From the NCBI GenBank assembly GCA_965221165.1, contig CBDCRP010000002.1:416001-480000 (forward strand): 64,000 bases of DNA, written 5' to 3'. The notes beneath the pieces were generated by a model. It saw only the letters and a program-made list of their open reading frames with translations. It was not told the DNA's origin and ran no database searches. Position numbers and translations under genes: made by a program. Source of the stretch: a bacterium. Lineage in GTDB: Bacteria > UBA8248. Numbering within the stretch: the stretch's first letter is position 1; every line of letters begins with the position of its first letter. Below, in pieces: positions 26,331 to 36,720 of this stretch.

Positions 26331-28658
26331 ATGCCCGACGGGCGGGATGGAGTGGAAAAACGTCACCATAGCTCCCATTGGGGCGCATTCCGGGCGCATG
26401 TGCGCGATGGCCGCATGGTGGGTTTCGAGCCGTTCGCCAAGGACCCGGCGCCCTCACCCATCCTCGAATCGATCCAGGACGCCGTCTATGACGAAAGCCG
26501 CGTGTCCCAGCCGATGATCCGCGCCGGCTGGCTCGAAGGCGGCCCCGGCAAAAAGACCGAAGGACGCGGCGGCGAGCCTTTCGTGCCCGTCTCCTGGGAT
26601 GTAGCCCTCGGGATGGTCGCCGACGAAGTCAAGCGCATCAAAACCGAACACGGGAACGAGTCCATCTTCGCCGGTTCATACGGCTGGGCGAGCGCGGGCC
26701 GCTTTCATCATGCGAACACACTGGTGAAGAGATTCTTCAACTGCTGCGGCGGCTTTACGGATCAGGTGACCACCTACAGCATCGCCGCCGGATACGTCAT
26801 CCTCCCCCACGTTCTGGGGGACAATACCGCCTGCTCGGGTCCCATCACGACGTGGGACAGCATCGCGCAAGACTCCGGGCTGTTCGTAATGTTCGGCGGC
26901 GTCCCGATCAAGAACACGCAGGTGGCCTCAGGAGGCGCAGGAGAACACACCCTGACGCTTTGGCTCGAAAGGGCGAAGGCGAACGGCGTGGAATTCGTGA
27001 ACGTAAGCCCATTGAAAGACGATGCGCCCGATTTTCTGGACGCCCAGTGGCTCGCCGTGCGTCCCAACACGGACGTGGCCCTGATGCTCGGTCTCGCCCA
27101 TACGCTTTGGGATGAGAATTTGCACGATACGGATTTCCTCGCGCGCTATAGCGTGGGTTTCGAAAAATTCGAAGCCTACCTGACGGGCAAAATCGACGGC
27201 CAGCCCAAGAACGCGGACTGGGCGGCCCGGATTACAGGTATCGAGGCGGACGTCATTCGAAGTCTCGCCCGGCGCATGGGGTCCACGAGAACCATGCTCA
27301 ACACCAACTGGTCGCTCCAGCGCGGGGATCACGGAGAGCAGACGTTCTGGATGACCACCACGCTCGCCGCCATGCTCGGGCAAATCGGCTTGCCCGGTGG
27401 CGGCTTCGGTTTCGGCTACGGGAGCATGGGCGGGCGCGGGACCCCGCGTGAGAACATCTCATCGCCCAACATGAAGGCCGGGAAAAACCCGACGGGCAGC
27501 TTCATCCCAGTCGCCCGCATCGCGGACATGATGCTCTATCCGGGCGAGGAATATGATTTCAACGGCGAACGCCTCACCTACCCGGACATCCGAATGGTGT
27601 ACTGGTGCGGGGGCAATCCCTTCCATCACCATCAGGATTTGAATCGCCTCGTGAAGGCGTGGCAAAGGCCTGAGACCATCGTCGTTCACGATCCCTGGTG
27701 GACTTCCACGGCGCGCCATGCGGACATCGTGCTGCCCGCCACCACCACGCTCGAGCGCAACGACATCGGGTCGAGTTCGAGGGATCGCTTCATCCTCGCC
27801 ATGCACAAGGTAATTGAGCCAGTCGGCGAGGCACGGCATGATTTCGATATTTTCTCAGGTCTGGCCGAGCGTCTGGGGTTCAATTCCGAATTCACCGAGG
27901 GGCGCGACGAGATGGAATGGCTCGAACGCCTTTATGAGGAAGCGCGACAGAAGGCCGCCGCAAAAGGCGTGGTTCTCGACACCTTTGAGCATTTCTGGGA
28001 GAGCGGCCACACCGAAGTCGCCCCGCCGGAGACGCCGCACATTTATCTGGCCGATTTCAGGGAAAACCCGGAGAACAACCCGCTCAAGACGCCTTCCGGG
28101 AAAATCGAGATATATTCCGAGCGCATCGAGAGCTTCCGGTACCCGGATTGCCCGCCCCACCCCGCCTGGCTCGAACCCGTCGAATGGCTGGGAAGCGAAC
28201 TGGCGGAAAAATTCCCGCTGCACATGATCTCGAATCAGCCCCGCACGAGACTCCATGGCCAGATGGACAACGGGGCCATCAGCCTCAAAAGCAAGGTTCA
28301 CGGTAGGGAACCTGTATGGATTCATCCCGATGACGCCGCCGCACGGGGAATTCACGACGGAGACGTCGTCAGAATTTTCAACGAGCGCGGAGCTATCCTC
28401 GCGGGAGCCGTCATCACCGAGGGGCTGCTCCCGGGCGTCATACAACTCTCCACGGGCGCCTGGTACGACCCGCAGGAGCCAGGGAGAATCGGGGCGCTCG
28501 ACAAGCACGGAAACCCCAACGTATTGACGCCCGACAAGGGAACTTCCAGTCTGGGCCAGGGCCCGAGCGCGCACAGCGCGCTGGTGGAGATGGAGCGCTA
28601 CGAGGAAGAGCTTCCCGAGATCACGGTATTTCAACCCCCATCCTTCATTGAGGCGTAA
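26331..28658 (+). CDS. Molybdopterin S/N-oxide reductase (BisC/TorA/DorA clade), no Tat signal
   Basis: SHWG, GSYGWASAGRFH, YS (Ser Mo ligand), GGNPFHHHQD and LSTGAWYDP motifs. Confidence 0.92.
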   Translation: MPDGRDGVEKRHHSSHWGAFRAHVRDGRMVGFEPFAKDPAPSPILESIQDAVYDESRVSQPMIRAGWLEGGPGKKTEGRGGEPFVPVSWDVALGMVADEVKRIKTEHGNESIFAGSYGWASAGRFHHANTLVKRFFNCCGGFTDQVTTYSIAAGYVILPHVLGDNTACSGPITTWDSIAQDSGLFVMFGGVPIKNTQVASGGAGEHTLTLWLERAKANGVEFVNVSPLKDDAPDFLDAQWLAVRPNTDVALMLGLAHTLWDENLHDTDFLARYSVGFEKFEAYLTGKIDGQPKNADWAARITGIEADVIRSLARRMGSTRTMLNTNWSLQRGDHGEQTFWMTTTLAAMLGQIGLPGGGFGFGYGSMGGRGTPRENISSPNMKAGKNPTGSFIPVARIADMMLYPGEEYDFNGERLTYPDIRMVYWCGGNPFHHHQDLNRLVKAWQRPETIVVHDPWWTSTARHADIVLPATTTLERNDIGSSSRDRFILAMHKVIEPVGEARHDFDIFSGLAERLGFNSEFTEGRDEMEWLERLYEEARQKAAAKGVVLDTFEHFWESGHTEVAPPETPHIYLADFRENPENNPLKTPSGKIEIYSERIESFRYPDCPPHPAWLEPVEWLGSELAEKFPLHMISNQPRTRLHGQMDNGAISLKSKVHGREPVWIHPDDAAARGIHDGDVVRIFNERGAILAGAVITEGLLPGVIQLSTGAWYDPQEPGRIGALDKHGNPNVLTPDKGTSSLGQGPSAHSALVEMERYEEELPEITVFQPPSFIEA

Positions 28659-30050
28659 ATGTCCAAAAAATTCTGCTCAGACCACGCAAAATGGCCCCGA
28701 TGTGTATCGGGGGGGCCTTTCCTGTTCTTCAGCGGGCAGATGGGGATGCACCAGAAAACGGGGAACATCTGCACCAAATACGTCGAAATCGGAGACAAAG
28801 GACCTGCGCGAACCAAGAATTACCCCTGGGTCGACAAGATCGAAGCCCCCATCGGCGCGCAAGCCATCGCCACCTACGAGGGCGTGGGGGAAACGCTCCA
28901 GGCAAAAGGCGGGGGACTGGAAAATCTACTCAGGTTCCATCTGTATCAGCTGGACAAGCGCTTTTTCCCGGTGTTCGACAGCATCAGGCGTCATTACGAA
29001 CCTCAAGACCCAACACCAAGCACCGCCGTGGGCATGGGCGCGTTCGATCCGGAGAGAACCGTGCGCTTCAATATCGACGGCATCGCCCTGAATCCCAAGG
29101 CATCGGAAACTCTAGGGAAAAGAATGGTTCACGAAGGCTCAAAGGCGCATTCGGCCGCCGCTCATTTCTCCCACGTCGTGGGCGCGGGGCCGTACCTTTT
29201 CGTCGCCGGACAGATTCCGACGGATACCTCCAAGCCCGGCTCGCCCCTCATCCGCAACTATCCCGACATTCCTAAAAAGGGGAGATTCCTCTCCGTAGGC
29301 CAGAGCCACGAGGACAGCAGAAACGGCCCCATCGCCGCGCAATCATGGTTCGTCTACGACCTCATCCGGAAGCATCTGGAAGGTTCGGGCTCTTCTCTTA
29401 AAAACATCCTGAACCTCACCGTCTATCTCCAGGACATGCGCGATTTCCCCACCTTTCACCGCATCCACGAGAGGTTTTTTCCAGAAGATCCGCCCGCCCT
29501 CACGGTGATGCAGGTGGCGGAAGTCGGCCACAAGGGTGAGAAAATCGAAATCGAACCCACGGCGCTGATGAACAAAGGGAAAATCAAGCGCGAGGTGATT
29601 CCCGGGGATGAAGAGTCAGGCGCTCAGATGAGCCTCGGGATAGCGGCGGGCGGCGTGTTGTTCCTCTCGAACCTCGTCGGTCTGAACGGAGACGGGGAAC
29701 CGATTAGCAAAAGAAGTGAATTGAGGGGAGCACTTCACCGGAAACTGCCGAAAGCGTCTCCTGCATCGGCGAAAAATGTGATTTTCCAGGGGCTGGAGAT
29801 TCTGGATCGGATGGAAAGCGCGATGAAAGCCGCAGACTCCGACATGGGCCGGTTGACGCACCTCACACTGTTTCTCCAGAACATCGCTCACCTCTCGGCG
29901 CTCGAGCCATTGTTCAGAAAGTATTTCCCGAAACGAAGGCCAGCTTTCACCGCGATTCAGATACCCGAACCCTCGCCTATCGCGGGGACGGAAGTCTCGA
30001 TGACGGCCATTGGGTGGATAGGCGACGGCGAACCGGAGATCGTCGCATAA
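28659..30050 (+). CDS. Triple Rid (YjgF/YER057c/UK114) domain protein
   Basis: Three repeats starting GPFLFFSGQ, GPYLFVAGQ and GGVLFLSNL, each followed by the L..I....YL.D...F....F...PA.T pattern. Confidence 0.75.
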   Translation: MSKKFCSDHAKWPRCVSGGPFLFFSGQMGMHQKTGNICTKYVEIGDKGPARTKNYPWVDKIEAPIGAQAIATYEGVGETLQAKGGGLENLLRFHLYQLDKRFFPVFDSIRRHYEPQDPTPSTAVGMGAFDPERTVRFNIDGIALNPKASETLGKRMVHEGSKAHSAAAHFSHVVGAGPYLFVAGQIPTDTSKPGSPLIRNYPDIPKKGRFLSVGQSHEDSRNGPIAAQSWFVYDLIRKHLEGSGSSLKNILNLTVYLQDMRDFPTFHRIHERFFPEDPPALTVMQVAEVGHKGEKIEIEPTALMNKGKIKREVIPGDEESGAQMSLGIAAGGVLFLSNLVGLNGDGEPISKRSELRGALHRKLPKASPASAKNVIFQGLEILDRMESAMKAADSDMGRLTHLTLFLQNIAHLSALEPLFRKYFPKRRPAFTAIQIPEPSPIAGTEVSMTAIGWIGDGEPEIVA

Positions 30051-30052
30051 GG

Positions 30053-30958
30053 CTACTCCGTATCGCAGACCCTGTGCCCGGCGAGGTCTTCGATGAGCGT
30101 GGCGAAGCCGCTGTGGTCCAACTCCCCGCGATCCGCAGCCAGGAGCGCCGTGAACATCTGATACAACTGACCCGCCGCCGGTATCGCCACGCCCAAATCG
30201 GCCCCTGCTTCCATGGCGAGGCGCAAGTCCTTGCGATGCAGGCGAATCCGAAAACCCGGAGGATATTCTCCCTTCACCAGATTCGGCCCCCGCAACTCCA
30301 GCACGCGTGACTGCGCAAGGCCGCCGGAAAGCGCGGCAATCATCTTTTCGGGGTTCACGCCCGCTTTGGACCCCAGCACTAAGGCCTCGCTCATCGCGGC
30401 GATGTGGAGTCCCACCATGATCTGATTCGCGATTTTCACGTACCCGCCATCACCCACGTTCTCACCCACGTGGACTATCGTCTTCCCCATAGCCTCGAAG
30501 ACGGGGAGCGCATCTTCAAAATCCGTAACGGCGCCGCCCACCATGATGGAGAGCGTGCCCTCCTTCGCGCCGACGTCGCCTCCACTAACGGGGGCATCGA
30601 GCATGCGCACGCCTTTTTCCGCCAAAGTCCCCGCCACCTTCTTCGAGACGCTGGGAGCGATGGTGCTCATGTCGATGAAGAGAGAATCCTCTTTGGCTCC
30701 TTCGATGACGCCTCCCTCGCCCAGGGCGACGGACTCGACATCCGGCGAATCGGGAAGACAGGTGATGATGACCTCGGCTTTAGAAGCCGCCTCGGATGCG
30801 GAGCCGCAAACAGCAGCCCCTCCTTTTCCCAATTCCTCCAGCGGGGGCTTGCTCCGGTTGTGGACGGCCACCGAATGCCCTGCTTTCAGTAAGTTCAACA
30901 CCATGGGCTTGCCCATGATGCCGGTTCCGATAAAAGCGACGGATCGGCTCATCGTCAA
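30053..30958 (-). CDS. garR: 2-hydroxy-3-oxopropionate (tartronate semialdehyde) reductase-like
   Basis: GTGIMGKPM, LDAPVSGG, LSIMVGG, KIANQI, PGFRIRLHRKDL and LDHS motifs. Confidence 0.78.
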   Translation of the reverse strand: MTMSRSVAFIGTGIMGKPMVLNLLKAGHSVAVHNRSKPPLEELGKGGAAVCGSASEAASKAEVIITCLPDSPDVESVALGEGGVIEGAKEDSLFIDMSTIAPSVSKKVAGTLAEKGVRMLDAPVSGGDVGAKEGTLSIMVGGAVTDFEDALPVFEAMGKTIVHVGENVGDGGYVKIANQIMVGLHIAAMSEALVLGSKAGVNPEKMIAALSGGLAQSRVLELRGPNLVKGEYPPGFRIRLHRKDLRLAMEAGADLGVAIPAAGQLYQMFTALLAADRGELDHSGFATLIEDLAGHRVCDTE

Positions 30959-31062
30959 AGCCTCCCTTTTTGTATTTTATGAACGAAACAAGACGCAGGC
31001 CGGGATTCCCGAGGTGAGCGCGTAAGCCTTGCGGGCCCTGGCATTATCCGCACTCTAGCAGA

Positions 31063-32400
31063 TTACCCGCCTAGCTGGGACTCCAGCCACCTTGCCGTCC
31101 GCAGAAGCCTGGCGTCGTCTCCCTTCTGCCCCACGAGCTGAACCCCGAGCGGCATCCCGTCCGCCCCCTCCAGCAGAGGAAGCGTTACGGCCGGCGTCCC
31201 GCACAAAGTCCAGATGGTGCAAAAAACCGGATTCCCCGTCGCACCGAGTCCCACAGGCGCCTGCCCCGGCGCAGGCGGTGTGAGTAGGGCGTCGAACCTC
31301 TCGAACATCTCTCCCAGCAAACCGTTCAGCACGGGCACTTTCTCCACCGCCCGGGTGTAATCCACCGCAAGATACTTTTTGCCGCGTTCCATCATCTTGC
31401 GCAGAAGATCGCTTAACTCCTCCTTGCCGCGTTCGTATTCCGCCTCGAAATTACGCGCGAGGTTCGATTCCAGGATGATTTGGTGCCACTCGATCGCGCT
31501 GTTGAAGGGCTCGGGAAGTTCGACTTCCTCCACTATCTCCTCGCCCAGATGCGCCGCCAATTCCTCAAAGGCCGCCTGCGCGTCTTGATCGGCCTGATCC
31601 CAGACGGGCGTTTTCACAAAAGCGAATCGCGGGGTGACCGGAGGCTCCGAGGCGGCGATTTCCAGCAGTCTCGGGGCCGCGCGATGCCGCATATCCGGAT
31701 CGCGTCCGTCAAAGACCATCAACTGATCGCCCAGGAAGGCGACGTCCTCGACCGAGCGTCCGAAAAGACCCACGTGATCGATCGGCCTCGATTGCGGAAG
31801 CACCCCGTAGCGTGAAATCGATGCGAACGTGGGCTTCATGCCGCAGACGCCGCAAAAAGAGGCGGGCCGTATCACGGAGCCGTTCGTCTGGCTCCCCACC
31901 GCCACGGGGACCATATAGGAGGCGACGGAGGCGGCCGAACCACTCGACGAACCGCCGGGCGTGCGCCCTGGGTCGTGGGGGTTCTTCGTCTTGCCGGGAT
32001 CATAAACGGCGAACTCCGTCGTCACGGTTTTCCCCATGATGACGGCACCGGCGTTTTTGAGCAGGGACACGAGCGCGGCGTCTTCGGTGGGCCGGCGGCC
32101 CGCGTGAAGAGGGGAGCCGTTCTCGGTCGGCAGATCGGCGGTGTCGATGATGTCCTTGATTCCGACGGGAACCCCGTGAAAAGGACCGAGGGCCTTACCT
32201 TGTTGTCTCGCCAGATCGGCATCCCTCGCCTGCGTCAGGGCGAATTCCTTGTCCAGATGCTCCCAGGCACCGATTTGCTCTTCGTGCTCATCGATGCGGG
32301 TCAGGCACGCCTCGATGAGTTCTTCCGAGGTCAATTCGCCTTCGCGTATCGCTTCTACGGCGCGAAGGGCGCTCAGTTGGGCCGGGTTCATCTTTTCCAT
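31063..32400 (-). CDS. Amidase signature enzyme
   Basis: GIKD, TPGGSSSGSAA and GSQTNGSVIRPASFCG motifs. Confidence 0.92.
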   Translation of the reverse strand: MEKMNPAQLSALRAVEAIREGELTSEELIEACLTRIDEHEEQIGAWEHLDKEFALTQARDADLARQQGKALGPFHGVPVGIKDIIDTADLPTENGSPLHAGRRPTEDAALVSLLKNAGAVIMGKTVTTEFAVYDPGKTKNPHDPGRTPGGSSSGSAASVASYMVPVAVGSQTNGSVIRPASFCGVCGMKPTFASISRYGVLPQSRPIDHVGLFGRSVEDVAFLGDQLMVFDGRDPDMRHRAAPRLLEIAASEPPVTPRFAFVKTPVWDQADQDAQAAFEELAAHLGEEIVEEVELPEPFNSAIEWHQIILESNLARNFEAEYERGKEELSDLLRKMMERGKKYLAVDYTRAVEKVPVLNGLLGEMFERFDALLTPPAPGQAPVGLGATGNPVFCTIWTLCGTPAVTLPLLEGADGMPLGVQLVGQKGDDARLLRTARWLESQLGG

Positions 32401-32465
32401 CAGACTATTCCTCCATTCAGCGCGCTTCGCGCGGCTCTCAAGAACATGGACTCATCCCTTATCGC

Positions 32466-33365
32466 TCAACGAGAACGCTCCGCCGCGCCCAGCAACATGG
32501 CCACCGCGGCGAAATCCAAATCCCCCAGGCCATCTCGCGAAGCCATGCGGTAGACCTGGTTCGCTGCCGCGCCGGAGGGGCACGGCAGCCCCAGGGACAT
32601 GAGAGCGGAAACGGCCAGGGACATATCCTTGAGCATCAAATCCACCGTAAAGCCTGCCTCGAAATCCTTGCTCGAAGGCGCGCCCTCGATGAGGCCGGGA
32701 CAAGGCGGGTCTTTTTCCATCACCCAGCTTCCGCCGCTGCTCGTGCGTATCACCTCGTGGAGAATTTTAGTGTCCACTCCCGACGCCTTTCCCATGGCGA
32801 ACGCCTCCGCCGCCGCCACCATGGTGACGCCCGCGATTAAATTGTTGCAAAGCTTCGCGACCTGCCCCGCGCCATGCTCACCGACGTGGATGATGTTTTT
32901 CCCCAGCAACGCCAGAACAGGCTGCGCCGTCTTGAACGCCTCTTTCGGCCCCCCGACCATGATGGTGAGGCTCGCCGCCTCCGCTCCCATCACCCCGCCC
33001 GAGACGGGCGCATCAATCGCCACCGCCCCGCGTTCAGCCGCTTCGGCGGCGAGTTTGCGGCTCTGCTCGGGCTCTATGGTGGACAGATCGACCAGCAAGC
33101 CGCCCTCGCCCACGGCTTCCATGAGGCCGCCCTCGCCCAGGTAGACGTCTTCCACCTCGATTCCCGTGGGCAAGGAGGTGAGCACGATTTCGCACGTGGC
33201 GGCGAGTTCCGCAGGGCCAGACGCCTCGAAGGCGCCATGAGAAACGGCGCGCTCCACGGCTTCACGGCCAACGTCCACCACGCCCACTTCATGGCCTGCT
33301 TTGATGAGGTGCGGCACCATGCGGCCACCCATCGCTCCGACTCCTACAAAACCCAATCGCTTCAT
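32466..33365 (-). CDS. mmsB: 3-hydroxyisobutyrate dehydrogenase-like
   Basis: GVGAMG, DAPVSGG, GAGQVAKLCNN and P.PG...APSS.DF.AGF..DLMLKD motifs. Confidence 0.78.
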   Translation of the reverse strand: MKRLGFVGVGAMGGRMVPHLIKAGHEVGVVDVGREAVERAVSHGAFEASGPAELAATCEIVLTSLPTGIEVEDVYLGEGGLMEAVGEGGLLVDLSTIEPEQSRKLAAEAAERGAVAIDAPVSGGVMGAEAASLTIMVGGPKEAFKTAQPVLALLGKNIIHVGEHGAGQVAKLCNNLIAGVTMVAAAEAFAMGKASGVDTKILHEVIRTSSGGSWVMEKDPPCPGLIEGAPSSKDFEAGFTVDLMLKDMSLAVSALMSLGLPCPSGAAANQVYRMASRDGLGDLDFAAVAMLLGAAERSR

Positions 33366-33405
33366 CAGGTATCCTCCACGAAAAATTTTCTCATTTTCAT
33401 CTATC

Positions 33406-34785
33406 TTAACCCGCCCTCGATAGAAATTCCTCCGCCACCGCACATAGGAATCCGTCCTGAAAAGCAGGCGCAAGCAGGGTCACCCCGATGGGCAGCCCGT
33501 TCGCATAAAAGCCATTCGGGATTGCGATGGCGCATAAATCCAGCAAATTCACAAAATTCGTATACATCCCCAGATTCGTGTTCAAGACAACAGGATCGGC
33601 ATTTATCTCATCTATCGTGTAGGCCGTGGGCGTCGTGGGAACGGCCAGAAAATCGACCTCCCGCCACACTTTTCCCGCTTCGCGCTTTAATTCCTCCAGG
33701 CGATAAAAGGCCCGAAAAGCGTCGACCGCCGTGTACCGGGCGGCCCCCGCAATCAACTCCCTCGTGACGGGATGAAGGGCTTCGGGCTTTTCCTGAAAAA
33801 ACTCTTCAATCGCCGCCAGACGCTCCGCCACCCAGGGACCCCCGTACAGGAGCTCGGCTGTCTCGTAAAAAGGCGAGAAATCAACATCTTGGACATCCAC
33901 ACCCACTTCCTCGATGCGCTCAATCCACCTCTCATAGGCTCTTTGCGCTTCCTCATCTCCCAGGAAGTCTCTTTGCTCAGGCAACGGCGCGCCTGCCTTC
34001 AGCCTCTCCGGGAGATCGGAAAGCCTCTCCAAAGACGCTCCCGCCGGAAGAGCGCGGCTGTACGGGTCCTCATCCGGGACGGCCATCGTCTCGAGTACAC
34101 GAAGCGTATCCGAGGCCTCCAGTGTGAAAACCGAGACACAATCGAGCGTGCGGCAAGCGGGAACCACGCCTCGCGTGCTCACCAGTCCACGGGAGGGTTT
34201 GAGGCCCACGATGTTGTTGAACCCAGCGGGCACCCGGCCCGAACCGGCCGTGTCCGTGCCGAGCGCGAAACTCACCAGACCCGCCGTGACGGCAACGGCC
34301 GAACCCGAACTCGAACCGCCCGGAATATAGTCCGCGTGAAATGGATTCCTGGCCACGCCATACGGCGTGCGCGCGCCTACGAGGCCCAGTGCGAATTGAT
34401 CCAGGTTCGTCTTCCCGACGAAAATTGCCCCGGCATCAAGCAGATATTCTACGCAGGGAGCGCTATTCTCAGGCGTATAGGCATATTCAGGGCATCCTGC
34501 CGTCGTCGGAACGCCCGCGACGTCGATGTTGTCTTTCACCGCAAACGGAACACCGTATAGAGGCAGTTCAGGCGCATCCGCGCTGCGAGTTTCCAACTCT
34601 TGCGCACGCGCGAGTAATTTATCCTCAGGCTCAACGTGAATCCACACGCCATCCTCACCGCGCGCGGCGATTCGCTCACAAACCAGGTGAACAACATCAG
34701 AAGGCGTTTGCTCACCCGATGAATACGCCTGCCGGAGTTGGGAGAATCTCAGCTTATCCGCTTGAGGTGCTGCGCCCGTCATCAC
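33406..34785 (-). CDS. atzF: Allophanate hydrolase, amidase domain only
   Basis: LPLYGVPFAVKDNIDVAG, GKTNLDQFA.GLVG.R.PYG, GTDTAGSGRVPA and LG.YTNFVNLLD motifs. Confidence 0.85.
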   Translation of the reverse strand: MMTGAAPQADKLRFSQLRQAYSSGEQTPSDVVHLVCERIAARGEDGVWIHVEPEDKLLARAQELETRSADAPELPLYGVPFAVKDNIDVAGVPTTAGCPEYAYTPENSAPCVEYLLDAGAIFVGKTNLDQFALGLVGARTPYGVARNPFHADYIPGGSSSGSAVAVTAGLVSFALGTDTAGSGRVPAGFNNIVGLKPSRGLVSTRGVVPACRTLDCVSVFTLEASDTLRVLETMAVPDEDPYSRALPAGASLERLSDLPERLKAGAPLPEQRDFLGDEEAQRAYERWIERIEEVGVDVQDVDFSPFYETAELLYGGPWVAERLAAIEEFFQEKPEALHPVTRELIAGAARYTAVDAFRAFYRLEELKREAGKVWREVDFLAVPTTPTAYTIDEINADPVVLNTNLGMYTNFVNLLDLCAIAIPNGFYANGLPIGVTLLAPAFQDGFLCAVAEEFLSRAG

Positions 34786-34856
34786 CTGGGATTTCCTGAT
34801 TTCACGACTTCCCCCCGTTCACGTCTTTTACATGAAGCGTTCGATACCCGTTCCGA

Positions 34857-36404
34857 TCACCCATCCTTTTCTCGAGACTCTTGCTCCAATATCTCGCGAA
34901 GCGCCGTTTTGAGAACTTTTCCGTAATTATTCTTGGGCAGAGTCTCTATGAAACGATACGCCCGGGGACGCTTGAAGCGCGCGATGTGCTCGAGGCACAA
35001 ACTGTCGAGTTCATCCTCACTCACATGCCGCTCATCCTTGGGCACCACGAACGCCAAAACCTCTTCTCCCCAATCCGGGTGAGGACGTCCGATGACGGAG
35101 ACCTCCACAACGCCTTCATGGCGGAGCAGCACCTCCTCCACCTCCCGAGGATAGATGTTGCTGCCGCCACTGATGATGAGGTCTTTAGAGCGATCCTTGA
35201 GGGTGAGGAAACCATCTTCATCCATCACACCCACGTCGCCCGTGTGGAGCCATCCTCCTTTGAGCGCGCTCGCCGTGGCCTCGGGGTTGTTCCAATACCC
35301 TTTCATGACGACGTCGCCGCGCACGAGCACCTCGCCGGTCTCTCCTGGCGGTAGAGTATTGTCCTCAGAGTCCACCACACGGACTTCGACCACGGTGTGC
35401 GGCATCCCGACGGATGCGAGCCGCTCCTCATAGCGCGAGTGGTCCGTGTCGACGTGCCGCTCTCTGGAGACAACCGTGATGGTCATGGGGCTTTCCCCTT
35501 GTCCATATACCTGAACGAGCTTGTTCCCAAGAGCCGCCATGGCATTTTTGAGGTCTTCCACGTACATCGGGCCACCGCCATAGGCGATGGTCTTCAAATT
35601 TTTGGTATTCGCCTCCTTGATCGCTTCGCTCTGAATCAACCGTGTCACCATGGTGGGCGCCGCGAATATGGTGACGCCCGGGTAGACTTGGATGAGACGA
35701 AAAATCTCCTCGGGCTCGAACCCCCCGCTCTCGGGAACGATATTGTTCGCGGCCTTATACACATGGGGTATCGCGTACAGGCCCGTACCGTGGGACAAGG
35801 GGGCGGCGTGCAGGATGCAATCGTTTTCAGAGACCGGATCGACGTCGGCGAAATAGCTCAGGGACATGCTGTGGAGGTTCTGGTGGGTGAGCATGGCGCC
35901 CTTCGGCCTGCCCGTCGTCCCGCTCGTATAGAAAAGCCAGGCCAAATCATCCGGCTCCTGGGGTTCGATAGGGACGGCCTCTCGGGATTGAGTCGCCCGA
36001 TATTCGGGAGTATCGACCTCCATCACGGTTTCCAGGGTCTCGATTTCATGGCTCAGCTCCCCAACCGTACCCGTGAGGTCCGGGGTGGCGAAACAACAGC
36101 GCGCGCCTGCATTTTCCAGGATAAAAGCCATCTCCCTGGGATGGAGTTTTGCGTTGATGGGCAGTGCGCAACAGCCTGCATGCCATATGGCGTAGAGGAC
36201 CTCTAAAAACGCCGGGCAATTCTTCATGGTGATGGCCACGCGATCCCCGGGCCGCATGTCGAGCTCATTCCGCAGGAAACCGGCCATAGAAGCCGCCCTG
36301 CGGGAAAGCGTCTCATACGTGCAATGAACAGTTTCGCCCGAGGATATGGCCGGTCGCTCTCCACAAGCTCTGGCCGCTCTGGCTAAAAATTCCGCCATGT
36401 TCAT
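34857..36404 (-). CDS. AMP-binding enzyme (acyl-CoA synthetase)
   Basis: YTSGTTGRPKG, YGQGE, TGD, DRSKDLIISGG and LPKNNYGK motifs. Confidence 0.92.
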   Translation of the reverse strand: MNMAEFLARAARACGERPAISSGETVHCTYETLSRRAASMAGFLRNELDMRPGDRVAITMKNCPAFLEVLYAIWHAGCCALPINAKLHPREMAFILENAGARCCFATPDLTGTVGELSHEIETLETVMEVDTPEYRATQSREAVPIEPQEPDDLAWLFYTSGTTGRPKGAMLTHQNLHSMSLSYFADVDPVSENDCILHAAPLSHGTGLYAIPHVYKAANNIVPESGGFEPEEIFRLIQVYPGVTIFAAPTMVTRLIQSEAIKEANTKNLKTIAYGGGPMYVEDLKNAMAALGNKLVQVYGQGESPMTITVVSRERHVDTDHSRYEERLASVGMPHTVVEVRVVDSEDNTLPPGETGEVLVRGDVVMKGYWNNPEATASALKGGWLHTGDVGVMDEDGFLTLKDRSKDLIISGGSNIYPREVEEVLLRHEGVVEVSVIGRPHPDWGEEVLAFVVPKDERHVSEDELDSLCLEHIARFKRPRAYRFIETLPKNNYGKVLKTALREILEQESREKDG

Positions 36405-36720
36405 TCGAAACCATCCTCCTGGTAGTCACGCCCATGATTCGCGCCATCACACGGTTTCATTAGTAATTCATCGATGGAAGATCTTTTCGCCTGATGACTT
36501 GATGATAAGCCATATCCGAATCCATGAATATGCGGTAGTATTAAAGCATATATCAGCGATGGTTTGCTCGCCCGAGCGCAACGCGCAACAAGGCCAGTAG
36601 GCGTCTGAGTATGAAACCCATATCTGCGTTTCATCGACTACGGCTTTGGCCTAAGAAATTGCATTTGTGTGGAGAGCGCATCGAGCGTCTTCTGTTCCGA
36701 TACCCATGGAGGCGATGCCC

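Noticed and set aside
36647-36663. Sigma54 promoter TGGC..TTGC upstream of the aminotransferase
   Set aside because: GG-to-GC spacing is 11 nt rather than the required 10.
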